The notes beneath the pieces are model-generated. The model searched no databases, had not been told where the DNA came from, and saw only the letters and a list, made by a program, of their open reading frames with translations. Shown piece after piece: positions 45,329-57,375 of a DNA stretch of 64,000 bases. Numbering within the stretch: position 1 is the first letter of the stretch; each line of letters opens with the position of its first letter. The DNA lies in the NCBI GenBank assembly GCA_002633005.1, contig NMRA01000082.1, positions 472,576 to 536,575 of the forward strand, given 5' to 3'. The position numbers and the translations under genes were made by a program. The stretch comes from Phoronis australis (Eukaryota; Animalia; Phoronida).

Positions 45329-48300
45329 ATGAATTGTGCGTATTCTCTGATTTTGTTGTTATTTTGTACATGTTTTCGCGGCGTTCCAGCTAGAAACGAC
45401 ACTGGGCCTGGGACGACGGGCAACATCAAAGACATTTTCTTGGGTCGCTGCTGGGAATATCAGGAACTGTTTCACCAAACGGCTCATACGTAAGTAAATA
45501 ATGCATTGTGTTCTGAATAACAGCTTACATGTATAGTAAACCACTTGAAAAGAAACTTAGCAAAATACAGTATTTTAATGGGTGAAGACCATCAGGAACA
45601 TCTACGAAACATGGCGAAAACAAATGGCAACATCAAATCGTGGGCCACTCAAGCCGAAATATTCGCAACGTGTACTCTTTTTCATGGAGACATCTACGTC
45701 AACACTACTATTGGAAAAAACATACGTTGGATTAAATACACCTCAGAGAATATCAACAGCAAGCTCATATTACTTCTACACCGCAACCCCCATTTCAACC
45801 TGTTGGACGTACAGCAAACACACTCCAGATAACTATCTCATTCAAACAATAGAAGACACGTGCTCAAAACTCCTCCAAAAGAAAATCCTATCACAGCAGA
45901 TGTTCAAGATAAAGTTGACTTCAAAAAAGACAATTGGATTAAAGTAACTGGAAAATCAAACGGCAAAAACAAATCTACAACAAAATATACGTCGTATTTT
46001 ACATCAGATGAAGTAATCATTACCACCAACAAATTCGAGCCTCTACAGGAATCCCGAAGTGAAGACAACGCACCCAAGAACGGCCACACTAATTTGAAAA
46101 AAGTACGGCTCCACAAAAACAAAGGAAAGAACAAATGCTCTAAGACATCTACGACGACTTCGTTTCGACTTCTGCCTACCACCATCATCTACGGTCCTGC
46201 AGACAATACCAACCACACCATAAAAAAGTCAAACGCAACAGAAGGTTCCGTAGACAAATTACTAGGAAAACAATAACCTGCGAAACAAACAACGTAGTTA
46301 ATTTATCAAGCCATAACTTACTGATAGTGAGGTTAGCCTACTTTCTAAAGGACTTAACTTCTGTCATAGCAAAACTAATATTGACAAAGATGATTTACTA
46401 ATTGATATTTACACTTTCGCTAGACGTCTTAGATTGGCAGCATATTTTGATAATCCCACCAAAGATGAAAACGAGAACTCCCCTTTAGAAATTAATCCTT
46501 TCAAGAAAAAAGCAATTGGAATCCACCTAAATGTCAAAACCATGCCCTCGAAAGTTACATTGAAGCTATTACTAATGACGTTATGAATTACAAAAAGCAT
46601 AACTACACATATAATATTACTAAGTCTGAAAAAGATGCCCTAACAAATCTCGCTAAAAACAAAGAAACCGTAATTAAACCAGCTGACAAAGGATCAGCTA
46701 TTGTTACAATGGATTAGCAGAGATATATTGACGAGACTCTCCGACAACTTAATGACACAGCATACTACAAAGTTTTAGGTAATAACCCCAACAAAACATA
46801 TCAGCCTTATAACTAAAACTGTTTTGAATGCTTTCCATTTAGGTCACATTGACAAAGACACCAAAAACTACCTCATTCCTAATAATGCTCAACTCAGTCG
46901 CTTTTATCTCTTTCCAAAAATCCACCGGCAAAGAAGGTAATCCTGGACGCCCTATTATAGCCAGCAACAAATGCCCTACTGAAAAAAGTTCTCAGTTTGC
47001 CGAGTACCATCTTCAGCATTTAAAAATAATAGAAAAACTCCAACACTCCAGTACCCCTCATAGACTCAAAAGAGAAGAATTTTGGATAGACAAGCTCAAT
47101 ACACTAGAACCTCATGGATTAAACAAAAAAAACTTCTTAAATTATATCATTTTAATTATTTCCGAAAGAATGTATCATATTCAATACGCCAAATCTTAAA
47201 TGTCCATTGTCACATAGTGTTTGACTTTACTTTATTTCTTTTTCTGTTGACGAAGGATGTTATTACATCCGAAAATTTTAGTTGATCCATTCTTGTTGTT
47301 TTATTTACCTATATATACATGTATTCTACATTTCGTGAAACAATAGTATCCTTAAGAGGATTTGGATCGCCTTATTTAGTTTCAGTTTTATTTTCTACGT
47401 TATTTAACTACGCAACAGAAATTTAATAAGGCTCGAAGACGACCCTTTAGCTATAGACACTTATTGTGAAAAAACGTGATAACGCAGTGAGGTACATTAC
47501 GTCAGAAAGGCCAGCTTGTATTGGAAGAACGTTCGAGTACTGAGCACGCCTACCTGTCACCTATGGACAACAGTTACTATCACATGGACAATGGATAGTT
47601 TATGACAAAATAAAACGATAAGTTGGGTTATAGATAACAATACTCTTTACTTAAAGTGGGACTTGCAGGCTAATTCCTCTTTTGATTGGTAGGCCAAATT
47701 AGTTAGAAACATAACATAACCCAGTACATGTAGCGACGATGTGAAAATGAAGTAGATTGAGATTGAGAATTACGAAATGTTTTTAAGAACGAGTTTTGTG
47801 GTGGAAATGATCCGCCGCAATTCCAATAACTGAACCGTGTGCAGTATGCATCCACAGGCGCTTGGGTTTATCTGTTCCTCAATCGCAAATGACGTCACTC
47901 ACTACTACATGTAAATCTTTATATGGTTATGAGCGCCTGTGTATGTATCGTGACGTGGCACTGGGGAATAACTCTGCATGGTGCGGACTATGTGAGCTAT
48001 AATGGTATCACATATATGAATCACCTTGAAAGGTGCCCACATCACCACTTTGATTTGCTTCTTCAGTTGTTGCTCAAGTTGGCATGTCACGGTGACAGGC
48101 TTCAAACTCAAGCTATACTTCCTCCTGTTTAGCTGTCACTTAAAAATATTTCAAATTCTGACCAGACGAGCCAAAAAAGAGCAACCTATCTGCGAGATAC
48201 TCACGGAAAATGTTTATCGTTGAGTCACGTGACGTACTTTTGGATGGTATTCTTTGCACGTCATCTTTGAAAGTCAAGTAAGGTTCTAGTCGTAAGAAAA

Positions 48301-49607
48301 AATCGATGATTTTGCCACGCGTTTATTGACCTGTTTAAGGTTTGCAGGCTCTTTTATGCTTATCAACAAACGTCATGGCAAGGAATTTTTATACCGTCGA
48401 TTTTAAAAGAGTGAAAGACCCGATCCCAATTTTCGTGTTTAACCAACTAAACAAGGCATATTGTGGCTTTAACTGAAAAAGTCTATCGCAATATCAGTCG
48501 TAACTGCTTTTATTGTAGGTTGAACTGCTCTACGGTATGGGAGAAGTTTTTTAATGCGTTTAGTTACCGTGATCCATGTTACGTCACGCACGCGGATTAT
48601 GAGCCGTTCTTTTCTGCGGTTAGCCGCCCTCTTCCAAAACATAAGGTACGTCTGCACGGACAGTTCTGCGGTTCCTGTAAACTGTACATACCGATACACT
48701 GTATTACCGAATACATTAGGCGAATGGAGGATACAGTTACCCATTACAATTAATTGCCTGGTTACACTTGGGAGTGAACATGTGAAAAGTTACGAGTCAC
48801 TATAAATGAACAACACTTTCTGAATAGCTTGCACGCTATTAAACATGCATTTTGTATTGTTTAACGGATTAAAAACTAACATTGAAACAGGCTTCATCGT
48901 ATTCCTTAAGGAGTTAAGATTCCGCTTTCCTTACAAACTCAAGTCACTGAAAATGCATAAAGTAAATTCGCCATTTTTCAAATTCGCAATTTTAGGCTTG
49001 GCGAACCTCAACAAAGTTTGAAGCGTTTTCTTGAGTTGAATGGTTTCCATGTTCTTGTTGGTAAAGAAAACACCATTATTTCAGGGAAAGAAATATGAAA
49101 GAGCCTAATACGATTTTCGTTTTTTTTTTTAGCCATTGCGAAGTGAATGCAGGATTAACCGAAAACCTTGCAGCAAATTGTTCAGTGACGTTTATTCCAT
49201 AAGTCTTAGGCCCACTCCCACGGTTTTGCTTATTCAGGAAGTGAAGGTTGGCGCCGTCATAAGTTTTAATTATTACGTAGTCAAGTCGTGATGACACTAT
49301 AGTACACGAAATATTCTTGGGGACATACATATTACGCCATTACAGTCGCTGTTTTGGTCGGGAAGCGCATTATTATCCGACGATCTCGCTGCTGCACGTC
49401 GTCGGTATGTACTCGTGACTCAGACTCAACTCGCCTTCATGGTAAACGGAATGACGTGGTGTGGATCGACGGAATCACCTGGATATTCCCTGGACCGTTG
49501 TCCCGCCAAATTTTCGAAGGAGTGCGGCGAAAACCAGACGACGTACGACGAGTCATTCTGGGGAACAGCTTCAAGACACGTGAGACCTCTGTGTGTTTTT
49601 GTGTGCG

Positions 49608-49671
<64 letters not shown>

Positions 49672-52600
49672 TGTGTGTCCAAGAAGTTGGCAAACACAAT
49701 GCTTGCTTTGAGTTGCGCAATTTCTGCCTGGATCATGGTGTTGTGCCTAATTCAGTTACACCAACTAGAACTCGTTGTGCTAATTACGTAATTTCCACTA
49801 AGTAAATGGAACTCCTCTCATAACTGGACATTTTTTCCTTTGAAGTTGCTGAAGCGCATTTTCTTCAGACGTTTCAAAAACAACTCAGTTGCATTTGTGA
49901 AACAGCGAATTTAAAGTTTAAAGTGGACGGCAGGCTCACTGAGGGTTCGGTCTCAAAATCTGAAGTGCTGAAGGCGGCCAAGGCTGATGGTTCCCGACCC
50001 TAATTAGAAAAACACTGGTCACGTGTCTCAGAAAAACTTAGCAGTGACCTAGTGGGCAAGACATTGCCTATTTCAATACGCATGGTATGCAACCTTCAGA
50101 ATATTCATACCAATGGGCTAAATGAGATTTGCAGTGAAAGCACAGTAATACCAATAGCTCACTTGCGAGTTTCTCCCTAGTCACTGTGACGTCACCGGAA
50201 AGGGGGCAAAACCCGCCATATTGCTCTTGTTTTGCCCCGAGTCTTTGCTACACACGCTAAAACTTACTGGAGTTCTTATGGTGAATTTTACGCTTAAAAC
50301 GTTAAAACAACTTAAGATATGGTAGATGGGTCGTGGAATAACTGTGATTAGACGAAGAAAATGTGACCTTGTTATGTTGTGCAAAGCTGTGAACAGACTG
50401 AAATTGGAACTTAACCCGCTCTAGGCCTGAATGGCGCAGGCATACAGGGGCGATAGTGTATCCCCATAAAAAGATATTCACTTCAAAATACAGCAAATGA
50501 AATCAAATGAAACATGCATATGTGCACATGAAGTTATAATTAACACATACCCTGACTCTGGACACAATTTAGTCTACAAATAACTTGAGCATATTCATGA
50601 AAACCTCGCGGTTCTCTCGAGTTTCTCTCACTAAAGAGCCGCCATTTTGAAGAAGTTACGTGAAATCACGCCTGTTGACGAACAAAAAGTCCAAGGGACA
50701 CAAATCTTACAAATTTCACTTGATATTTTCTCATGCTATTTTGCAAGTGTCACGCGGCAGGTCACGCGGCAGGTCTCGCGCTTCGCTCAGTCTCGCACTA
50801 GCCTTTGCCTCATACTCACCTGACTCAGTTGAACTACTTGATTGTGGTAATCGCGCGCGCGGACAAAGTTAACAGTAACCACACATGGAGTTGGAATTCT
50901 TCGCCTAAATCACCTGAATTCCCGTATATATGCTTCATCGAAGATATGCTTAGAAGCAGAAAGAGTCACTGAAGAAAGTAAGAGCCTTTTAGGTGCTAAT
51001 TTTAGGTGTAGAATGTATTTTCGACGAGGTAAATACTTTACCAGTGAGCGGATTTCGCCTACCGCCCGTTTAAAATACACGGGACGAAATTAGTACAGAA
51101 CGCGATAGAACGTATTGTAGTGCGAATATGAAGTTCATTTGCCATAACAGCAATGCTTTTGGACATTTTTCGAACTAAACGGCTAAAAACTCGAAGACAA
51201 TAACAGAATACACTCTGCTACCGTATTGGGCAAATGACCAAACGACAAGCTTTTGCCCCACTTCCCGTGACGTCACAGTTAATTCTCACATAATCTCGTG
51301 TTATTGTTATAAACTCGCAAAAGGCCTATTCATCTCATCAACGGCCTAGCTTGTTCAAAACTTTGAAACTGAAAAACAATCTCCTGTAGGCCTATACATT
51401 GTCAACAGTCACGTTTTTCTAGTCAAATAAGAGAGCAAACTAGTGAAAGCAAAGGCATTAATTTTCCACTTTAGTGAAGGAACTGTCATTTTAACCCATT
51501 TCTGTTGTAAGCGTGAAATTGCATATCCTGACTAAACAAAGGGCTACGATTTTCCAAGAAGTTTTACTGTCCTGGAATACCACGAGACTGTCATGACACT
51601 GGTTCCTCGCATGCCAAAATTGTTTTATAACCTCTGTCTTTTTAAATGTTTGTGTTTCTGTCGTTAAACAGTTTGCAAGCAGCTCAAGTGGTGTCGTGAC
51701 CGTTCTACTCAATGGGACACGGAGAGATGGTCGTCCTGCGTTCTCAAATTCAAGGTGAGCCAGTTTTGAAAACTACGATTTCACCTACTGTTGTCGCATG
51801 AAATTTGACAAAAACTAGCAAGTTTTTCTTAAGCTGAACTGTAACGCACCTAGATGCATATCGTTAATGCTGAGTTGCCGGTCTCTGTCTTCCCCGCCAT
51901 TCCCGCTCTCTCTCCTCGTTCTTCTCGGACAGTTTTTCTGCTCTTCTTCCCACCGCTACCGCATTTTTTCTTCTTTGTTTCCTCCTTCCTATTGCCCCAA
52001 GTCCACGAACATCGTAGTACTACGTACTGTCTCTCTTCTCGTCAAAAGTCACAATGGACCTTCGTTCCCGACGTCCAGGAAGAGGGCTTTTGATTTAGAC
52101 GACTTGCCGCTGTAAACTGGATGTCAGCTTGTTTCTTACTGCGATGAGAAGTTGTTTCTGGGTTTGCGAAGAACTGGCAGTTTCTTGCTTTGTAGGACTT
52201 CACCCCACGCATAAAACTGACTCGAGGCTGCGACAAGTAACTTACACCTGTAATTGTAGAGCCTGGTTTCAAGCAACGAGGAGCTGTCAGTTCTTTCGAA
52301 ATCCCAAAACCAATTTAAAGTTTTCTAATGGACAATCTGAGCCCAATTTTGTTACGCCAGTAACTGACATGCATCATTTTTCATTTTCTAAAGAAGGTTG
52401 ATCTATAACTGCGTTAATATCGCGTAATTGTTTGGTAGAAAAGGATACCTGCGTTGACGTTGCATAGTTTAAGTTCTTGAAATAAGCTGACATAACTTTG
52501 TTATGTCCCAGTTTGGTAATTTGCAGTATATTTGCCGAATACGAGCTCCCAAACATGAACCCAGTCAAAGTAGACCGCGTGGTTATCTTAGTGGCGCATG

Positions 52601-53970
52601 ACGTAGGCGCTGATGTGAGTGAAACCTGTGAAACGGGCTCTCTGCCACTTCTGAAGGAGCAGGTCATCCAAAGAAATATGACATATGAGTGCAAAGACGA
52701 TCCCAGGTATCAATTTGAAATACAGTATCTTAAAGTGCAATTTCACTGTTGTTTAGCTATTGTTGTTTCTGAGTTCTTGATGATTTCGATGTACTCGTTT
52801 GTAACATAAGTCAACCCTATGACAGTGATGAATATTGCGAGACAAATTTTATAAGTTGAAGTGGTTTGATTAATGTTTTGGTTTTTGGCTGGTAAATATC
52901 GATGACATCTAGTTTTATTATTACAACACTGTCTTGTTTGAAAGTGATGAACATCCGACAGGATGTCATGATCCATGTTCGGACAGCGTTCTGGAGCAGT
53001 TCATGGTAATTGTTCGCGAATGCTATGAGACTAAAGGAATGCATTGTGTGAACTTTAGCATCCGGGGTTTAATCTTTGTAGCCAAAACTCTCGAAAATTG
53101 TTCTATTTTTAATATCACACTTCGAATGAGCGTACAAATTTGCACCCGAGACCGTGGGACGTGATAAGTTAAATTTGGACCTGTGTCTGCTTCAAGCATG
53201 AGTTCGGAAATTAAATCCCTGAACCGACCAAATATATGACATAGATTAGATAAACATTTTGTTTGTATTTCATTTATTTATCAACTACCCACTAAGCGAT
53301 GAATTATTTTTCAAATAACCATAAGTGGTCATACACGAGGTTTCCGGTAAAGTCGATTGTTCAATAGTTGCCCAGTGCATTGGGTGAGAACATGCTGAAA
53401 CAGTTACATTATATAGTTTCGCAGCTTCTGGCCATTTCCACTTTAAGTCTATAAAACAGTAAAAATTCTCGGTTTTGTTTTTCGAAAGTACTACCGGTAT
53501 CCGACTTCTCTCACTTTTTCAAGACAAATACCAAACCCTAGATTGCAATCCTTGATACCTGTGGCAGAATACCATTTCCCAAATAACAGCCAGGAATACA
53601 TAAAAATGACGGATAACCTATGTTATGCTGTGCTATTCTAAGAATCTTTGAGCCGTGTTATAATGGAATGAAAGCATAATAAATGAACTCCAGTTTGACT
53701 ACGCCACCTACACGCACGTAGAAGGTCGTACGAATGACCCCGGTGACGCACTTGCACATAGTTTTACATGTACATTTGTCATTCATTTCCTCAGCTGTCC
53801 ATCTTGCTTTCAGCGTCGTGCGCCTACTTCTTTGCGCGGACAATCCCAACGACCCCTGTTGTATGCTGGAAAGCAGTGCAACAAGCTTGGGGATGCTGCA
53901 TGGTCAACTTCTACTCGGTTTTTGTCTCCTGTCACAACTGCTGCTGCCAGTCCTTGCCAGAATGTACTAG
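45329..53970 (+). CDS. ADP-ribosyl cyclase / cyclic ADP-ribose hydrolase (CD38/CD157 family), 313 aa, signal peptide and probable GPI anchor
   Basis: Exons 45329-45489, 48519-48645, 49346-49579, 51672-51754, 52527-52706 and 53814-53970 (942 nt, phases consistent). Motifs GPGTT..IFLGRCWEY, NCSTVWEKFFNAF..DPC, LFWSG, TWCG, SFWGTAS..FA..SSG.V.VLLNG, SIFAEYELPNM (catalytic Glu), ETC..GSL and LLCADNP; hydrophobic C-terminus. Confidence 0.93.
45535..47315 (+). mobile_element. internally deleted Penelope-like retroelement (Neptune-type) with upstream OTU-like segment, in cyclase intron 1
   Basis: Remnants VVNLSSHN..EVSLLSKGLNFC, NITKSEKDAL..VIKPADKGSAIV, GNPGRPII and C-terminal KREEFWIDKLNTLEPHGLN, plus a 3' hammerhead. 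Candidate TSD tacatgtat at 45526-45534 and 47316-47324. Confidence 0.8.
47247..47283 (+). ncRNA. minimal hammerhead ribozyme, first core C changed to T
   Basis: tTGACGA a GGATGT tatt ACATCC GAAA ATTT TA: perfect 6-bp stem II and palindromic stem III. Confidence 0.6.
49590..49678 (+). repeat. (GT)n microsatellite immediately downstream of the cyclase exon 3 donor
   Basis: Direct reading. Confidence 0.95.
50153..51330. mobile_element. non-autonomous DNA transposon with imperfect ~60-90-bp TIRs
   Basis: aatagctcacttgcgagttt..actgtgacgtcaccggaaagggggcaaaa at the left; ttttgccccacttcccgtgacgtcacagt..aaactcgcaaaaggcctatt at the right. Confidence 0.6.
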
Positions 53971-54138
53971 TGGCGCCCCCAACAGAAGACGCGAATCAAC
54001 CTGCGCATGTGCATGTACTTAATGCTAAAGTGGTAGTGCTGATGCGTCACACAAATCAACTCAGTTGCTGAGGCGACGGAGGCAGTTATAGTTTTCTACT
54101 ACTTTATTTTAACTTCGATTGATTTGAAATACAAGCAA

Positions 54139-54600
54139 GGGCCCCTTTCATTAAAAGCTAAGTATCAAGTTTGATCGTTAGCATGACGTCAGTCAACAGC
54201 AATGTTCAGCCCAGCGCGGCAATGTGACATGGATGGAGACAGAGCATTCAGGTTATTTCAGTCTAAGTTAAGACCAAGGTAGTTTCATGAAACGGAGCCC
54301 TGAGGCCTGTTTCAAGGAAGTGACTTAAGACAGGTATTTGGTCTTAAAGCTGGCACTTCCCAATTGTTGAATTAAAGTTCAGCCAAGCCCAGTGTAATTA
54401 TGAGCGAATCACCGTCTAGAGATAATTTAATGACATTGTGTCAGACTGTAACTAGCAGTCATGCGGTATTTATGTTTTCAAAGACTGCAATTTTGCTCTA
54501 GTGAGATTTAATTATTTTTCAGAAATAGTTATGGTAAGCGTAAAACCAAATTTCTGACGTACGTAAATCTTAAGTCACTTGTCCTGAAACAGAATCCTGG
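54139..54600. mobile_element. two adjacent Harbinger-like MITEs
   Basis: gggcccctttcat..atgaaacggagccc, then ggcctgtttcaaggaagtgacttaaga..tcttaagtcacttgtcctgaaacag. Confidence 0.5.
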
Positions 54601-55619
54601 CTTCATTTAAAGTCCTGGTCTCACACGCTGTTAACCCTTATTACATGGTTAGAGGAAGTTATAAGGATCCAAGAAGTACCTACCCCATATCTAATACACA
54701 ATCCGTAATCGAACAAAGCTTAAATAAACGCGCCACTCACAATTCGCAACCGACGAATACACAGCCATTTTGAACTTACCGCGAACCCGGAAGTACAATT
54801 CATTCAGGAACTCAGGCTAAGAAAACGCCGTCAGTGGGACTGGAGCAGTGCCTGTTACCAGCTTGTAAACGGGGATAAAATAATCTACAGCGCGCTTTAA
54901 CTTTAAAAAAGTCAAAATAAGGACAATTTTATCGAGTTTGCTGAAAAAATGTGGCGAATAAATTTGTGGGGAGTACACGGGAAAATGCGGTTGCCTGTGT
55001 ACGAGGTGGTTCGTATAGGCAAGAAACACAAGAGATGAATCTTGACTAGTATATTGAAGACTGTCAACGAATGATGAGAACAACTCTCAATGCGGAGAAC
55101 AAACTACTAATCAACTCATACTACTGAAGCTACTGATACTACTTAAAATATGGTGAAAGTGATATATATAGAGACCTGAGAAACACGAATTAACCAATGA
55201 AATTAATGAACAAATAAAGGATGCACTATGCTGATGATAAACAGTTCTGGGAAAGGAAGTATTACTCATGTTCTGCATGCGGAGAAAGTGGTAGTAAACA
55301 ACAACAGTAAGTGATGTAATGCGGTGACTAAACTAAACAAGTAATGAACAAAAAACACAATAACACATTCTGCGACAAATTTTGACAGAAATTGTTTTGC
55401 TCGGGACTGCAACCTATCGGACCCTGTGCGGATCGAGAACAGACACTGGCGAACGGTAAAGGCATGCGGTTGCGAGCTGTTTTGACGAAGCAAAATGTTC
55501 AAATCAAGAATGTCGTGTATATTCAAATGGAGTTCCAAACACTTGCATAAAATTACGGGCTGGTTAGTCCTGTGTCACACTGCCGCGGCAGCCCTTAGCT
55601 AGCCTCAGTGCCTGCTACC

Positions 55620-55774
55620 CAGTGGCGGATTTAGGGGGGGGGGGGGCAAGGGGCCCCCCTAAAATTCTCCCAGATTCCATGTGGCAGTTGGGGGGTGCGA
55701 ATGTCAGACAGGCAAAATCCTGGCTAATACTCTGCCGTGGCCCCCCCTAACTCAAAATCCTGGATCCGCCCCTG
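55620..55774. mobile_element. MITE, ends CAGTGGCGGA/TCCGCCCCTG, 5-bp TSD CTACC
   Basis: ctacc|cagtggcggattt ... ggatccgcccctg|ctacc. Confidence 0.8.
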
Positions 55775-56619
55775 CTACCAGTATGAAGACTATGGTCAAA
55801 CTACAGCTTGTTATTAGGCCTATTCAGCTTCGCACCAAGGCTACCCTTAGGCCTACCTTGGTCCCTGGCCACCGTGACAGCGCTCGCTCAAACGAGGTTA
55901 ATTTAAAACTTGGGGTTTTCTGGCAAACTGCAAATTTGTTGGCTTTCAACAGAGATTTGCCTAGACTTTACATGAGTGCCCAAGCCTAAAAAATGGGGGG
56001 CTGGAATTTTTAGGAATGTCTACCTTTTACTATAAGATCCACTGGGTGAGTTCAGAGCTATGAATTGCAGACGCTAAATTTTGGTACTTCCTGTCGTTTA
56101 ATGGACTTTTGTCTCGTTTTCTACTTTTTCGGAGTTCGTGTTTCTCTGACTGAGGCACACCTTTTTCCATTTCTCCAAATACGGGGCTCGTTCGAGCACA
56201 TAAGTATGACAAGTCCAATACAAAATGTTATCAATAAGTATGACAAGTTCAATACAAAATATTATCATTTTTTATTCATTAAACCAAAATGATTCAACCT
56301 TTTACCATATGCACAGTACTTTACAACATTTAAGCATTACAAACACTATCCAACAGCACAAGTTTCCATGATATGAAAGTGGACATACATGTACATGTAA
56401 CTATTACCATGGTGACCGAATAGTGTTTCCTTACACCAGAATTTGACAAGCATGATTTAAAAAAATATGAAGTTGCAAGGAACAAGAATTGGAGACATGA
56501 AGCTTCACAATACAACATAGCTTATTTCTCAAATTAAGATTCTTCATGTTTTTGACTTGATAACCTGAATTAAGAAAGCAATAAGTTACAAAACATGACT
56601 CGAAAGATCTCCATGAAAG

Positions 56620-57375
56620 CAAGTAACAGCATATGTTCACGAAAACAACAACGGATTTAAAACTTGACATGTTTCGGTGTCATTTATTAAACACCATCCT
56701 CAGAAGTCATAATACAGTGGCCACCTAGCTAGGCCCAGCAACAAGTAATGAAGCACAGATACAGTCAGTTACAGGGAGTGACAATGAACTATACCAACAA
56801 TGACAACCTGTGGTGTGTCAATTGCCTATTGAGATTGGGCTTGCACCAACTGATATGTAAAGCCTCACGAATTTTAAGCTCCTTTGTTGTTACTGCCTGG
56901 TCTATTATTGCAAAGTCATTGAAAGAGCACTGCTGATAACAATGATTGGAGCTCTGCAGGTGAATATTTACATGTGAATTACTGTCAGAATTTAGATGTT
57001 CCTTGGTCCTGGTTTTCAAATGGCGAACAGTTTCGCCTATATAACTGGAGCCACATCCAGCACAGATAAATTTGTATACAACCTTGGACCGTAGACCCAT
57101 AGAAATTTTGTCCTTAGGGTTAAATAAACTCGACAGTTTTAGAGACTTGAATGTTAATACAACTCTTAAGTTCACACAGTTATCATTCACCAATTTGTTG
57201 AGTTTTCGTTGAGCAATTTTGGCGTAAAACCCAACATAGGGTATTTTAAAGTACTTGTAGTTAGTTTTGTCTACAGGATGAACATCATCAGGGTTACGTT
57301 GGAGTCTTGCTTTCAGTACCCTATTGACTAATTCTAGGGGATAGCCATTCTTTTGCAAATTCGTTGTAAGTTCTT
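56620..57375 (-). mobile_element. 5'-truncated Penelope/Poseidon-type PLE: RT thumb, GIY-YIG endonuclease and pseudo-LTR
   Basis: ORF 56789-57358: NGYP..IPYVG..KD..SKVVYKFICAGCGSSYIGETVRHLKTRTKEH..LKIREALHI..KPNLN; hammerhead downstream. Confidence 0.9.
56661..56708 (-). ncRNA. minimal type I hammerhead ribozyme (intact)
   Basis: Reverse complement reads gactt CTGAGGA t GGTGT ttaataaatg ACACC GAAA CATG TC aagtt: stems I and II pair, palindromic stem III ACATGT, GUC cleavage triplet. Confidence 0.8.

Noticed and set aside
49354-49805. Cys/Val- or His/Thr-repeat ORFs
   Set aside because: Translations of the (GT)n microsatellite.
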